Below are positions 28,289-38,052 of a stretch of DNA of 64,000 bases, piece after piece. Position 1 is the first letter of the stretch, and every line of letters starts with the position of its first letter. This DNA is from Candidatus Korobacteraceae bacterium (lineage in GTDB: Bacteria; Acidobacteriota; Terriglobia; Terriglobales; Acidobacteriaceae): positions 4,215 through 68,214 of the forward strand of contig JBEKXQ010000010.1 in the NCBI GenBank assembly GCA_049511915.1. Direction: 5' to 3'. A program made the position numbers and the translations under genes. The notes beneath the pieces were generated by a model. It saw only the letters and a program-made list of their open reading frames with translations. It was not told the DNA's origin and made no database searches.

Positions 28289-29776
28289 TTACTGCTTCCC
28301 TGCCGGCGTGGCGCTGTGCTCGCTTTGCTCCGAGATTTGCCGCGCGGCATCGCGTGCCGGAGGCTGGTTTGCCGGATGAAGAGTGTCGAGGAAGGAGACC
28401 AGCGCCGCTACCTCCGCCGGATTCAGGTTCTTCCCATAAGCCGGCATGTTGCCGCCACCCTGCACGACCTGGCGCACGAGTTGGTCGTGTGTCATACGTA
28501 CCGCTACGCTATCGAGGGTCGGGCCACGCAGGCCACCCGAGCCGCCGATGGAATGGCAGTTGCGGCATTGCTTCTCCTGGAAGATCGCCGACCCTTGGCG
28601 CTCTAACGGCGAGCGTCCATCCAGATACCGCACCGGCACGGGATCGCCACTCCACGCGTCCATGATAGGGCTCCACGGCGTGTAGCTAGCGTAGTGGGTC
28701 AAGGTGCCGAGCGTCACCGCAGTCAACGCGATGGTGACGACTGCTATCGGACGCCGCTTCCAACTCTTCTCACCTTCGCCCGCGACGAACGGCAGCAGGA
28801 CAAGAAAGCCGATAATGACAACTGGGCCGACCAATAGTGCCACAGTCTCCATTTGTGGCGGCAGCAGAGCCAGGAGCGCATACAACCACTGAAAGAAGTA
28901 ATCAGGCTTGGGGACGGTCTGCACAATGGTCGGATCGGGCTGGCCGCTCGGTCCATAAGGGCCGAAGAACGCCGCGCACGCCAGCACGCTGCCGATCACG
29001 ACGGCGGCAAAAATCATGTCCTTCCACACCGCATCGGGGACGAAGGGAATGCCGTCCTTATGGACTTCCTCCTCGTACTCTTGCACGTAGGTCGAGCGGC
29101 GCACCAGACGGCCCGGCATGGGCCAGTCGTTGATGCCCAGCTTTAGCACCATCAGCAGATGCACGGACACGAACGCGATCAGCAGTCCCGGAATGACGAA
29201 CACATGAAATGCGAAGAAGCGCGACAGCGTGTCGCCAGCGATGATGGGGCCGCCCAGCAGCAGATGTACCACCCATGCGCCAATGAACGGAACGCGGCCA
29301 CAGATCGAGGCGCCAATGCCTAACCCCCAATACGCATCTTGATCGAAGCGCAGCACCTGGCCGGTGAACGCCATGCCCAGCGTCATCAGCAGCAGGAAGA
29401 CGCCCACGATCCAGGTCAGCTCGCGAGGGAACTTGTAGGCACCGAACATCGCCACCTGCACCATGTGGATGAGCACGATGGCGACCATGAAGTTCGAACC
29501 CCATCCATGCGCCGCGCGGAGAAACCATCCCAGCGTCACGCCATGATTGAGGTACTGCAGACTATTCCAGGCCTCGCCCGCGGAAGGCACATAGATCAGC
29601 GCCAGCATGATGCCAGTGAAGATCTGCAGCATGAAAACGGTGAGCGCTGCACTACCGAAGACGTAGAACCAGCTCGCGGACTTAGTGGGAACGCGATGCT
29701 CGGCTGTCTCCCGCACCATCGGCCAGATCTTCAGCCGCTGCTCGAACCAGTCGCCGATTTTCGCTAGCCTTGACAT
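28289..29776 (-). CDS. Cytochrome b (bc-complex) fused to a C-terminal monohaem cytochrome c domain
   Basis: Cytochrome b N-terminal fold (WFYVFGSAAL..., GWFLRAAHGWGSNFMVAIVLIHM), multiple TM helices, and a C-terminal CRNCHSIGG haem-c motif. Confidence 0.9.
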   Translation of the reverse strand: MSRLAKIGDWFEQRLKIWPMVRETAEHRVPTKSASWFYVFGSAALTVFMLQIFTGIMLALIYVPSAGEAWNSLQYLNHGVTLGWFLRAAHGWGSNFMVAIVLIHMVQVAMFGAYKFPRELTWIVGVFLLLMTLGMAFTGQVLRFDQDAYWGLGIGASICGRVPFIGAWVVHLLLGGPIIAGDTLSRFFAFHVFVIPGLLIAFVSVHLLMVLKLGINDWPMPGRLVRRSTYVQEYEEEVHKDGIPFVPDAVWKDMIFAAVVIGSVLACAAFFGPYGPSGQPDPTIVQTVPKPDYFFQWLYALLALLPPQMETVALLVGPVVIIGFLVLLPFVAGEGEKSWKRRPIAVVTIALTAVTLGTLTHYASYTPWSPIMDAWSGDPVPVRYLDGRSPLERQGSAIFQEKQCRNCHSIGGSGGLRGPTLDSVAVRMTHDQLVRQVVQGGGNMPAYGKNLNPAEVAALVSFLDTLHPANQPPARDAARQISEQSEHSATPAGKQ

Positions 29777-30306
29777 CCCTTGCTCCTCTGGTGAAGGCTC
29801 GCGCTGGTGGATAGCGTCGGCAGTTGTCCGGCCTCAATCATCAGGTGACCGTTCTCCACCTTGTAGGGATACTCGAACAGGCCGCGCGGCGGCGGTCCGG
29901 AAGCGCGCGAGCCATCGCGGTAATACACACCGCCGTGACACGGACACATGAACAGCCCCGATTGCGGAAACCAGCGTACTGGACAACCCAAGTGTGCGCA
30001 GTTGATGGCGAAAACCTGGAACGTCTCGCCCTGTACACGGCGGACCCAACAAGGAATGTTATCGGTCTCGCCATCCCATGTATTTGAGATAGGGTTTTTG
30101 TACTTCGCCAGCCGCGTCTGACCCTCGGGAAATTCATCCAGTTCGCCTAAACTGACCCACTTGCGATAGCGTCCGCCCTCACCGCGCATGATGGGCGCCA
30201 GCAGATAGCCAACCACAGGTGTAGCCAGAACGAGGGCAGCCAAACCGTTGAAGACCAAGCCAAGCTTGACGAAGAACTGCCGTCTTGAGACATCGCGGTC
30301 GCTCAC
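29764..30306 (-). CDS. Rieske [2Fe-2S] subunit
   Basis: CAHLGCPVRW and CPCHGGVY boxes. The GTG at 30306 overlaps the upstream stop (GTGA). A Tat-like RRQFFVKLG follows the start. Confidence 0.9.
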   Translation of the reverse strand: MSDRDVSRRQFFVKLGLVFNGLAALVLATPVVGYLLAPIMRGEGGRYRKWVSLGELDEFPEGQTRLAKYKNPISNTWDGETDNIPCWVRRVQGETFQVFAINCAHLGCPVRWFPQSGLFMCPCHGGVYYRDGSRASGPPPRGLFEYPYKVENGHLMIEAGQLPTLSTSASLHQRSKGCQG

Positions 30307-31064
30307 TGCTGCCCTCCGGGCGAAGAAATTGCTGACGCGGCAGAAGAAGGCGTCGCTGGCCCGGGAGACGCCGTCGCCGCGCTCATCGGACGCTGCGCCG
30401 CCAGCCACGCCACCACGTCGGTAATCTCCTGGTCGGTCATCGGATGTCCAGGAACATTGTTTCGCCAGTCCGGCGCGTTAAAGTCGGGCCGCCCGACAAT
30501 TACAGTGGTCCGCAGTCCCTGGTCAGTTATCAAACTGAGATAGTAGGGATCCACGATAGAACCAACTTTCGCCAAGCCTTTGCCGTCGGCGCCGTGACAC
30601 GAAGCGCAGAATGTTGTGAAGGCAGCTGCTCCCCGCTGCGAATGGCCGGGGGCTTTGGGCGCGTAAGGCGGTGCTGTCCCACTCTGTAGGATATTGGGCT
30701 GGCCCCAGCGCTGCCGCATTCCCTGAACGATGGCGTCGACCTGCTTGCTCGTCAGCATCCCTCCCTCGCTCTGCGCGAAGGCTGACATTGCCGTACCCCG
30801 CCTGCCCTTTGAGATCGTGTTCCGCAGGGTATTGTCGTCAACAATCGCCAGGTATAAGGGATCGCCGATTGGCGGCGCCGGCCCCAGCTTGCCGTCGGCG
30901 CCATGACAGCCCGCACAATTCTGTTTGTAGAGTACGACTGGATCGAGAATGTCGGTTGGGCGTTGCACGATGTCAGCGGGAGTAGGTTTTCCTGGCAAGT
31001 CACATGCGGTAACCGCCAGCAATGCAGCGAACACCAAGGCAGGAAGGGCGTAGCGAGTTGTCAT
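30303..31064 (-). CDS. Dihaem cytochrome c lipoprotein
   Basis: Lipobox LAVTAC. Two CxxCH motifs (CAGCHGADGK, CASCHGADGK). Confidence 0.85.
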   Translation of the reverse strand: MTTRYALPALVFAALLAVTACDLPGKPTPADIVQRPTDILDPVVLYKQNCAGCHGADGKLGPAPPIGDPLYLAIVDDNTLRNTISKGRRGTAMSAFAQSEGGMLTSKQVDAIVQGMRQRWGQPNILQSGTAPPYAPKAPGHSQRGAAAFTTFCASCHGADGKGLAKVGSIVDPYYLSLITDQGLRTTVIVGRPDFNAPDWRNNVPGHPMTDQEITDVVAWLAAQRPMSAATASPGPATPSSAASAISSPGGQQ

Positions 31065-31921
31065 CGCTTGTTGTCCTCGCCCTCGTGCTCTTCCATAAGG
31101 CCTGGCGCCTCAATGCCCGCTCGCAGCGCGAGAGGCAGGTTTTCCGCCGTCCAGACCTTGTTCTGCCGCGCTACCACGAGGCCCGCAACGACTCCGAAAG
31201 CGGCTTGCGAAGCGACGAACCACCACCAGTTAATACGCTGATCAAGCAGCGGATTGACGTAGCCAATGATGTGGTACAGCAAGCCGGTCCATAGCAACGG
31301 ACCGATGACGCCTCCCAGAATAATCGGGCGGCGCGGAAGCAAGGGCAGCATTGCGCCGTAAAGAAGTCCCACAAGCAGGCACATAGTGATGTGCATAGCC
31401 AGGGCAAATAGGAACCACCCCACCTGGAAATGCAGCATCTCCTCGATTGTGGGAGTTGCGGAAGGCGCGTACAAGCTCCCTGCAAGCAGGTTTATCGGAT
31501 ACCACACACTGTGGTAGAAGATCAGACCGTAAAGCGCCGCGAGCACCGCCATGGCCACGCCCCCGGCCAGTCCTCCTTTCACACCCGCCGCGATGGGATA
31601 GATCTTCAGCGGCAGCCACGCGCGCGGAATCTCCTGCGCAACCGGTATCCGCAAGACTTCGCGCGGGGGAAGCACGCGGGCCGGCTCTTCGGGCTGCACC
31701 GGAATCAACTCATGCTGTTCATGCGGTAGCACCTGGCGAAACCAACCCACGGCACCGGAGATGGTCAGAATCGCGCCAAGGACACTGACCGACACATCCG
31801 TGAGCAGACCCGCAAAAGTCAGCGCTGTCCCCAGCGCCATGGCGAATGGCCATGCCGTCGGCGCCGGCATCAGTACTGCTGGCTTTTCGGAACCGCCGCT
31901 CATCTGTGTCTCGTCACTCAT
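31061..31921 (-). CDS. Conserved multi-TM membrane protein of unknown function inside the respiratory operon
   Basis: 286 aa with about seven TM helices. ATGA overlap with the downstream cytochrome c gene. Lies 47 nt after ctaE. Confidence 0.7.
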   Translation of the reverse strand: MSDETQMSGGSEKPAVLMPAPTAWPFAMALGTALTFAGLLTDVSVSVLGAILTISGAVGWFRQVLPHEQHELIPVQPEEPARVLPPREVLRIPVAQEIPRAWLPLKIYPIAAGVKGGLAGGVAMAVLAALYGLIFYHSVWYPINLLAGSLYAPSATPTIEEMLHFQVGWFLFALAMHITMCLLVGLLYGAMLPLLPRRPIILGGVIGPLLWTGLLYHIIGYVNPLLDQRINWWWFVASQAAFGVVAGLVVARQNKVWTAENLPLALRAGIEAPGLMEEHEGEDNKR

Positions 31922-31968
31922 GAATCAGCCTTAAGATTGCAGTTACCTGAAGCGCTGCTCAATACTTC

Positions 31969-32565
31969 TCATCGCGTGATGAAATACACCACCGACAGCA
32001 CGACAACCCAAATGGCATCTACAAAATGCCAGTACATGGCAAACACGTTGATGCGCTCCGAGTGCTCCTGTTTCACGGCACCGAAAAGGGTCAACAACCA
32101 GATGATCGTCAAGCCGATAAGACCGACCGTCACGTGGAACGCATGCAATCCCACAAGCGAATAGAACGTCGTACCGAAGAGATTGGTACTGATCGTCAGA
32201 CCATCCTTATAGATCAGGCGATACCATTCGCGGCCCGTGCCAATCAGGAAGATCACGCCCAACGCGATCGTCAGGAACCAGAAGAAGCCGAAGCGCTTAA
32301 CATTACCGCGATGCAGCGCCTTCTCAGCCAAAAGAATTGTCAGGCTGCTGGAGAACAGACAGATCGACGTGAGATACGGAACGTCAAGCACCTGTGCAGG
32401 GGTGGGACCGCTGAGGCTCTTGCCCGCGTAGTACAGGTACGCCACGACGAAGATGCTGAAGATCGCCGACTCCGCGATGATCAGGCACCACATGCCGACC
32501 TTGCCGCGGAGGTTCGCGGACAGCGGCATATCGCTTTGCGGCACTGTTATCGTCGCTGCTGCCAA
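31969..32565 (-). CDS. ctaE: Cytochrome c oxidase subunit III
   Basis: 198 aa with five TM helices. C-terminal MYWHFVDAIWVVVLSVVY motif. Confidence 0.9.
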   Translation of the reverse strand: MAAATITVPQSDMPLSANLRGKVGMWCLIIAESAIFSIFVVAYLYYAGKSLSGPTPAQVLDVPYLTSICLFSSSLTILLAEKALHRGNVKRFGFFWFLTIALGVIFLIGTGREWYRLIYKDGLTISTNLFGTTFYSLVGLHAFHVTVGLIGLTIIWLLTLFGAVKQEHSERINVFAMYWHFVDAIWVVVLSVVYFITR

Positions 32566-32587
32566 AAGGTTCTCCTAATCCTTCCGT

Positions 32588-34276
32588 CTATTCATACTTC
32601 CAATCCGGATCTTCCGGATGCTTCAAGTCCCACAACGGACGCCTGCTCCTGATCACCGGAATCTCCGCGTAGTTGTAATCCGGAGGCGGCGAGGTCGTGT
32701 GCCACTCCAGCGTCCACGCATCCCAGGGATCGTTGCCGGCAATTTCGCCTTTGTAGTATGACCAGATAACGTTGGCCGCCCATATCAGCACGCCGACGGC
32801 CTGGAAGATCACTCCGATGGAGACGATCAGGTTCCAGACCTCCCAGCCGCGACTGGCCTCGTATGTGTAAATGCGGCGCGGCATGCCCAGCAGACCGGGA
32901 ACGTGCATGAAGTCGAAGGTCAGATGAAAGCCGATCACGAACAGCCAGAAATGCCACTTGCCCAAGGTTTCATTCATCATTTTTCCAACGACCTTGGGAT
33001 ACCAGTAATACGTGCCCGCGAAAACCGCCATCACGATGCCGCCCAGGATCACGTAATGGAAGTGGGCTACCACAAAGTAGGAGTTGCCCAGTTGCCAATC
33101 GAAAGGCGCCGAGGCCAGCATGATGCCGGTCAGACCCGCGATCAGGAACTGGCATAAGAAAGCGACGCAGAACAGCATAGCGACCTTGTAAATGATCTTG
33201 CCGCCCCACATCGTTCCCACCCAGTTGAAGATTTTTATCCCCGTGGGGACGGCAATCGCCGCGGTAGACGCCACAAAAAACGCGTTTGCGTACGATGTCA
33301 TACCGACGGTGAACATGTGGTGCGCCCATACGCCCAGGCTGATGAAGCCGATGGAAACCGTGGCCGCAACCATGATCGAGTAGCCAAAAATCGGCTTGCG
33401 CGAGAAAACCGGAATCACCTCGGAGACGATCGCGAACGCCGGCAGGACCAGGATGTAGACCTCGGGGTGTCCGAAGATCCAGAAGAAGTGCATCCAGATG
33501 ACGGCCGAACCACCGGCTTGGGTGTCGAAGAAATGTCCGCCGAGATAGCGGTCGATTAACAGCATGAGTTGTGCGGCGGTCAGCGGTCCAATGGCTACCA
33601 GCACCAGCGCCGCCATCACGGTGTTCATCCACACGAACAGCGGCATGCGGTTCAGCTTCATGCCGGGACAACGCAGGCACAGAATGGTCGTCATCACATT
33701 CAGCGCAGTCGCAATGCTGCCGAAGCCGCTCACCAATATGCCGACGATCCAATAGTCAGTGCTGTGTCCCACAGAAAATGCCGGCGAAGTCAGCGGCGCA
33801 TAGGCAAACCAGCCGACGTCGGGCGCGCTGCCGGCGCCATAAAGTCCAAAGCCGCCGATGAAGCTGAAGTACAGGATGATGCCGCCCAGCGCGCTCATCC
33901 AGAAGCCCCAGGCATTCAGGCGGGGAAACGCCATATCGCGCGCCCCGATCATCAGCGGAACCAGATAATTGGCGAAGCCAAACACGATGGGCATGGCGGC
34001 GAAGAAAATCATGGTCGTGCCATGCATGGTGAACAGACGGTTGAAAACCTCAGGCGAGACGAGGTGGTTGTTGGCGACCGCCAATTGGGCGCGCATGATG
34101 GAGGCTTCCACGCCGCCGATTACAAGGAACAGGATGCCGTAGCTGAAGTACATCAGCCCGAGCCGCTTGTGATCGACCGTGACCATCCAGTCGTGCAGCA
34201 CTTGCACCAGCGGGCGGGAGCTCTCCCGCTCCGGCGTAGTGACCATCGGGCGCGACATAGGTTGGGCATCGAACAT
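32588..34276 (-). CDS. ctaD: Cytochrome c oxidase subunit I
   Basis: Motifs WIFGHPEVYILVLPAF, WAHHMFTVG and VVAHFHYVI. Twelve or more TM helices. Confidence 0.95.
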   Translation of the reverse strand: MFDAQPMSRPMVTTPERESSRPLVQVLHDWMVTVDHKRLGLMYFSYGILFLVIGGVEASIMRAQLAVANNHLVSPEVFNRLFTMHGTTMIFFAAMPIVFGFANYLVPLMIGARDMAFPRLNAWGFWMSALGGIILYFSFIGGFGLYGAGSAPDVGWFAYAPLTSPAFSVGHSTDYWIVGILVSGFGSIATALNVMTTILCLRCPGMKLNRMPLFVWMNTVMAALVLVAIGPLTAAQLMLLIDRYLGGHFFDTQAGGSAVIWMHFFWIFGHPEVYILVLPAFAIVSEVIPVFSRKPIFGYSIMVAATVSIGFISLGVWAHHMFTVGMTSYANAFFVASTAAIAVPTGIKIFNWVGTMWGGKIIYKVAMLFCVAFLCQFLIAGLTGIMLASAPFDWQLGNSYFVVAHFHYVILGGIVMAVFAGTYYWYPKVVGKMMNETLGKWHFWLFVIGFHLTFDFMHVPGLLGMPRRIYTYEASRGWEVWNLIVSIGVIFQAVGVLIWAANVIWSYYKGEIAGNDPWDAWTLEWHTTSPPPDYNYAEIPVIRSRRPLWDLKHPEDPDWKYE

Positions 34277-34292
34277 CAGCTTCTCCTGGCTC

Positions 34293-35396
34293 CTAGTTCA
34301 GGCTCATGAGATACGCCACCACCGCATTCGTGTCCTGCTCATCAAGTTGCATCGCCGGCATCAGGCAGCCAGGTTTGATGGCATCCGGTTCCTTCACCCA
34401 CAGCAGCAAATTCTGTTGCGTATTCGGCGCCGCGCCAGAAGCAATCGTAGAGCGGCTCATCAAGTGGGTCAGGTCAGGTCCAAACTTGCCATTGGCAGTT
34501 GTGCCTGAGATCGTATGACAGTTCATGCAGGCGTTGGTCTCGAACACTTTACGCCCGGTGACCACCTGTTGGGACATTACTGCCGGTGTTTTCTGCTGCT
34601 GCGTCCACTTTTCGAAATCTTCCGGCGAATCGACCATCACGTTCAGCAACATCTTGGCGTGCTGCGTTCCGCAGTACTGCGCACACTGTCCCACATAATG
34701 TCCCACATCGTGGGGGTCAATCCACATCTCGTTCCTGCGATTGGGAATGAGGTCAATCTTGCCCGCCAGTTGCGGTACCCAGAAGCTATGGTCGGTATCG
34801 GCAGAAAGCAGAATGATGTGCGTCGGCGTGGGATGCGCCGCATCGCTGACGGGGACGTGAAGTTCATTGGCGGTGACAAAGCCGTAGCCGGGATACTGAA
34901 ACTCCCACCAGAATTGATGACCAATCGCAGTGACCTCAATCGCATTCGCAGGGAACTGAGCGTCCTCCACCGCGTGGATCACTCGCGCCGCCGCCAGGAA
35001 CAGCACCACAACGATCAGAATCGGGATGACAGTCCACGCCAGCTCCACCTGGTTGCTGCCGTAAATCTGCGGCGGCTCGTGATTGTCGTCAGTGGGTCGT
35101 TTCCGATACTTCACCGCCGCGTACACGATCAGACTGAAGACGACCACAAAGATTCCCAGACAAATGGCCATCACAAATAGCGAAAGATGGTAAATATCGT
35201 GCGCCGGAGTTGAAGCAGGATTGAGCAGCGACGGCGTAGACGATGGGCCAGATATAGAAGCCGACATGTTCGCGCCAAATGCCATGACCGAAACGAAGAA
35301 CAACGTCAGCCAGGCGGCGTAACGGACCATGCGCTTCGTAGGGCCTCCCGGCAACTTCGAGTTATGTCTTGCCCGATTCGTGGATTGCAAGTGCAT
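34293..35396 (-). CDS. ctaC: Cytochrome c oxidase subunit II with C-terminal cytochrome c domain (caa3 type)
   Basis: CuA site GQCAQYCGTQHAKM and haem-c motif CMNCHTISG. The start may be the internal MVRYAAW (35330). Confidence 0.9.
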   Translation of the reverse strand: MHLQSTNRARHNSKLPGGPTKRMVRYAAWLTLFFVSVMAFGANMSASISGPSSTPSLLNPASTPAHDIYHLSLFVMAICLGIFVVVFSLIVYAAVKYRKRPTDDNHEPPQIYGSNQVELAWTVIPILIVVVLFLAAARVIHAVEDAQFPANAIEVTAIGHQFWWEFQYPGYGFVTANELHVPVSDAAHPTPTHIILLSADTDHSFWVPQLAGKIDLIPNRRNEMWIDPHDVGHYVGQCAQYCGTQHAKMLLNVMVDSPEDFEKWTQQQKTPAVMSQQVVTGRKVFETNACMNCHTISGTTANGKFGPDLTHLMSRSTIASGAAPNTQQNLLLWVKEPDAIKPGCLMPAMQLDEQDTNAVVAYLMSLN

Positions 35397-35713
35397 GGAC
35401 TGGGAACGACGGCTAAACCTACGGGTTAACTGTTTTCCTCAGACTGCTGACCAGGCAAGTATCCCGGATGAGGAGGCAACCATACCTAGCACAGCAGGTT
35501 CGGACAATAACCTGTGCCCAACGCAAACTTTAGGCCAAGCCTCGAAGTGACCCCCATCAAGTCTTGTTCGAAAGCCAGAATACGACAGAAAGGATGTTTC
35601 GGTTTATACCTGCAAATGGAAGGTTTTGCAATAGGTCATTGTGATGAAGTGATTGGCTCGCCGATTTAGCTGCGCCGCTCTGCCGTTTCGGTCATCTTAC
35701 TTTCATAACGCTC

Positions 35714-37231
35714 ATGGGCTTTCCTGGTCCGCTGCAAAGAACGTTCCTTACCTGCCGCTCGCTGCTCTGGCTGGCAAGTTGCATTGTGCCTGCCGGGCAG
35801 CGTGTCGACTGGCGCGAGAGCCGGACAAATCAGGTGTGGCATTGGTGCCACTTCCTTGCGGAATCGGGTCAACTCAATCGCGACAAGAAGCTAGAACTCG
35901 CCCGCTTCTGCTGGAGCGCTTTTCCGGCCGCGTTCTGGATGCGATTCGATCACGATCAGTTTTTCCGGCGAGCGGATCGCCTGCGCCGTTCGCCCCCAGC
36001 CTGTCTGGCAGGAATCTCGTTGCTGTTGGCGGTCGTGGTATTGGCCGGCGGAATCGTCCCCGCGGTGCGGGCCTTTTTATCATCGCCCATAGCGGATCCC
36101 GATCGCGTCTGCGTCATCAGTTTGAACGGCAAGTTCCGGCGTCTTCGCTCCGAGACCCTGCTCGATCTGGCCTCCGCCTGGAAGAACAGCAAGCTTCTGG
36201 ACGCGGTCGCCTCGTATTCCTGGAGCCCGGACAAGCTGGTGGGACCGAGACGCACGGTGCCGATCCTGGCCGCCAGAGTGTCTCCGGAGTTCTTCCAGGT
36301 GCTTAACCTCAACGCGGCAATCGGGCGGACCTTCCGCCCCGGAGACAACCGAACCTGTAGCAACTGTGTCCTGCTCAGCTATGAGATCTGGCAACTGCAG
36401 TTCCACGGCGATCCAGCGATTGTCGACCAGCAGGTGACATTGGAGGGGGACGGCAACCCGCGAACCGTGATCGGGGTTCTGCCGCGTAATTTCCGTCTGC
36501 TGTCGCCGGAGATAGCCGTCTGGGTCTTGCTCGACTCGGCCTCGCCGTCGTTTAGCAACTTTGTCGAGCGCATAGGGGCTGTGGCTCGCATGAAGCCAAC
36601 AGCGACGGCGCAGGAGGTGGAGACTGATCTGGCCGATCGGACGGAGAATGCCGGTTATGTTTTTCCTGCGTCGCTCCTGATGGTCACGTCGGGACGGGCG
36701 GAGATACGGCGCTATGTCAGCACCTACCTGCTGTTCGTACTGTTGGCCATGGCTGGTGCTGTTTTGATTGTGTACGCGCGCTCCGGAGGCGACGTGGGAC
36801 GCGCTCCGCTCAGTTTGCGTGACCGTTTCCGGTGGTGGACATTCTTTATCGCGAAGGCGGCGCTGTTACTGCTGGTCAGCGGATTGTTCTCGTGGACGGC
36901 GGTTCGCTGGCTTTCGGTGTACTTTGTTGGCTCGATACACACCATGGCCAACGGCATTGCGCTGTGGCTTTTCTTGATTCTTTCCGTTGCCCCATTGTCG
37001 TGGGCGATTCACGATCAGCAGCGCCGCTGCCGCGTTTGCCTGCGCCGCCTGGGAACTCCAATTCAGATTGGAGCGCCAGGACACGTCTTGCTCGATTGGT
37101 CCGGAACGGAGCTCATGTGCCCGGAGGGACACGGTGTGCTGTACCTTCCCGACTCGGAGGCAAACTGGCTGGAGCGCGATCGCTGGGATAATCTCGACGA
37201 CTCGTGGGCAGGACTATTCCGGCAGGAATGA
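35714..37231 (+). CDS. Single-copy MacB-like periplasmic-domain/FtsX-like membrane protein with C-terminal zinc-ribbon
   Basis: ADOP-style N-terminal prefix, a periplasmic domain, three C-terminal TM helices, then CRVCLRRLG...MCPEGHG. Confidence 0.65.
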   Translation: MGFPGPLQRTFLTCRSLLWLASCIVPAGQRVDWRESRTNQVWHWCHFLAESGQLNRDKKLELARFCWSAFPAAFWMRFDHDQFFRRADRLRRSPPACLAGISLLLAVVVLAGGIVPAVRAFLSSPIADPDRVCVISLNGKFRRLRSETLLDLASAWKNSKLLDAVASYSWSPDKLVGPRRTVPILAARVSPEFFQVLNLNAAIGRTFRPGDNRTCSNCVLLSYEIWQLQFHGDPAIVDQQVTLEGDGNPRTVIGVLPRNFRLLSPEIAVWVLLDSASPSFSNFVERIGAVARMKPTATAQEVETDLADRTENAGYVFPASLLMVTSGRAEIRRYVSTYLLFVLLAMAGAVLIVYARSGGDVGRAPLSLRDRFRWWTFFIAKAALLLLVSGLFSWTAVRWLSVYFVGSIHTMANGIALWLFLILSVAPLSWAIHDQQRRCRVCLRRLGTPIQIGAPGHVLLDWSGTELMCPEGHGVLYLPDSEANWLERDRWDNLDDSWAGLFRQE

Positions 37232-37319
37232 GAAAGTTCAAGTCTTGAATTTTCCCGTCATGACCGGGTTGATGGGAATCGCACCGCCGGCAATCATTCA
37301 GAGAATCGTTGCCGCTTGA

Positions 37320-38045
37320 CTACGTTTTCAGATGGTCGTTTGTCATCTCGCGAATTCCGTTCGGGCTGCTGACCACGACCAAATGGGTCAGGCCCAGAAA
37401 CAGCCCGTGCTCCACAATTCCGGCCCGGCCCTCGAGTTCGAGCGCGAGCTTTGCGGCATCGGCGATCGGGCCGAAGTCGCAGTCGAGAATCATGTTTCCC
37501 TGATCGGTGCGATACTCCTCTCCGTTGGCGGTCTGGCGCACAGAATACTTCGCGCCCAGAGATTCCAGGAACCGTGCCGGCGAACGCCAGCCGAACGGAA
37601 GTACCTCGACCGGCAAAACGTGCAGCGTGCCGAGTCGCGGCGAGAGCTTGGTCTCATCAACGACAATGACCTCGCGCGCCGTGGCTTGCGCGACCAGTTT
37701 CTCGCGCAGCAGTGCGCCACCGCCTCCCTTGATCAGGTTGAGCTGAGGATCAACTTCGTCTGCGCCATCAATAGTGACGTCGATGTTCTTTGGTAAATCG
37801 TCCGGGAGCATGGGTATGTTGAGTTCCAGGGCGGCGTCGGATGAGGCCCGCGAAGTCGCGAAGCCCACGATGTCCTTCAATTCCCCGCTTTGCAGTAGAG
37901 CCCCAATTCGGCAAATGGCGAAAATTGCAGTTGAACCGGTGCCGAGCCCGACGGTCATCCCGGATTGGATGTAGCGGACGGCATACTCCGCCGCAGCCTT
38001 CTTCAGTAAGGCCTGCTGGTCGGATGATGCAGTGGGTGCGTTCAT
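37320..38045 (-). CDS. rpiA: Ribose-5-phosphate isomerase A
   Basis: Motifs GLGTGST, DGADEVD and KGGGGALLREK. Confidence 0.9.
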   Translation of the reverse strand: MNAPTASSDQQALLKKAAAEYAVRYIQSGMTVGLGTGSTAIFAICRIGALLQSGELKDIVGFATSRASSDAALELNIPMLPDDLPKNIDVTIDGADEVDPQLNLIKGGGGALLREKLVAQATAREVIVVDETKLSPRLGTLHVLPVEVLPFGWRSPARFLESLGAKYSVRQTANGEEYRTDQGNMILDCDFGPIADAAKLALELEGRAGIVEHGLFLGLTHLVVVSSPNGIREMTNDHLKT

Positions 38046-38052
38046 TGTGACT

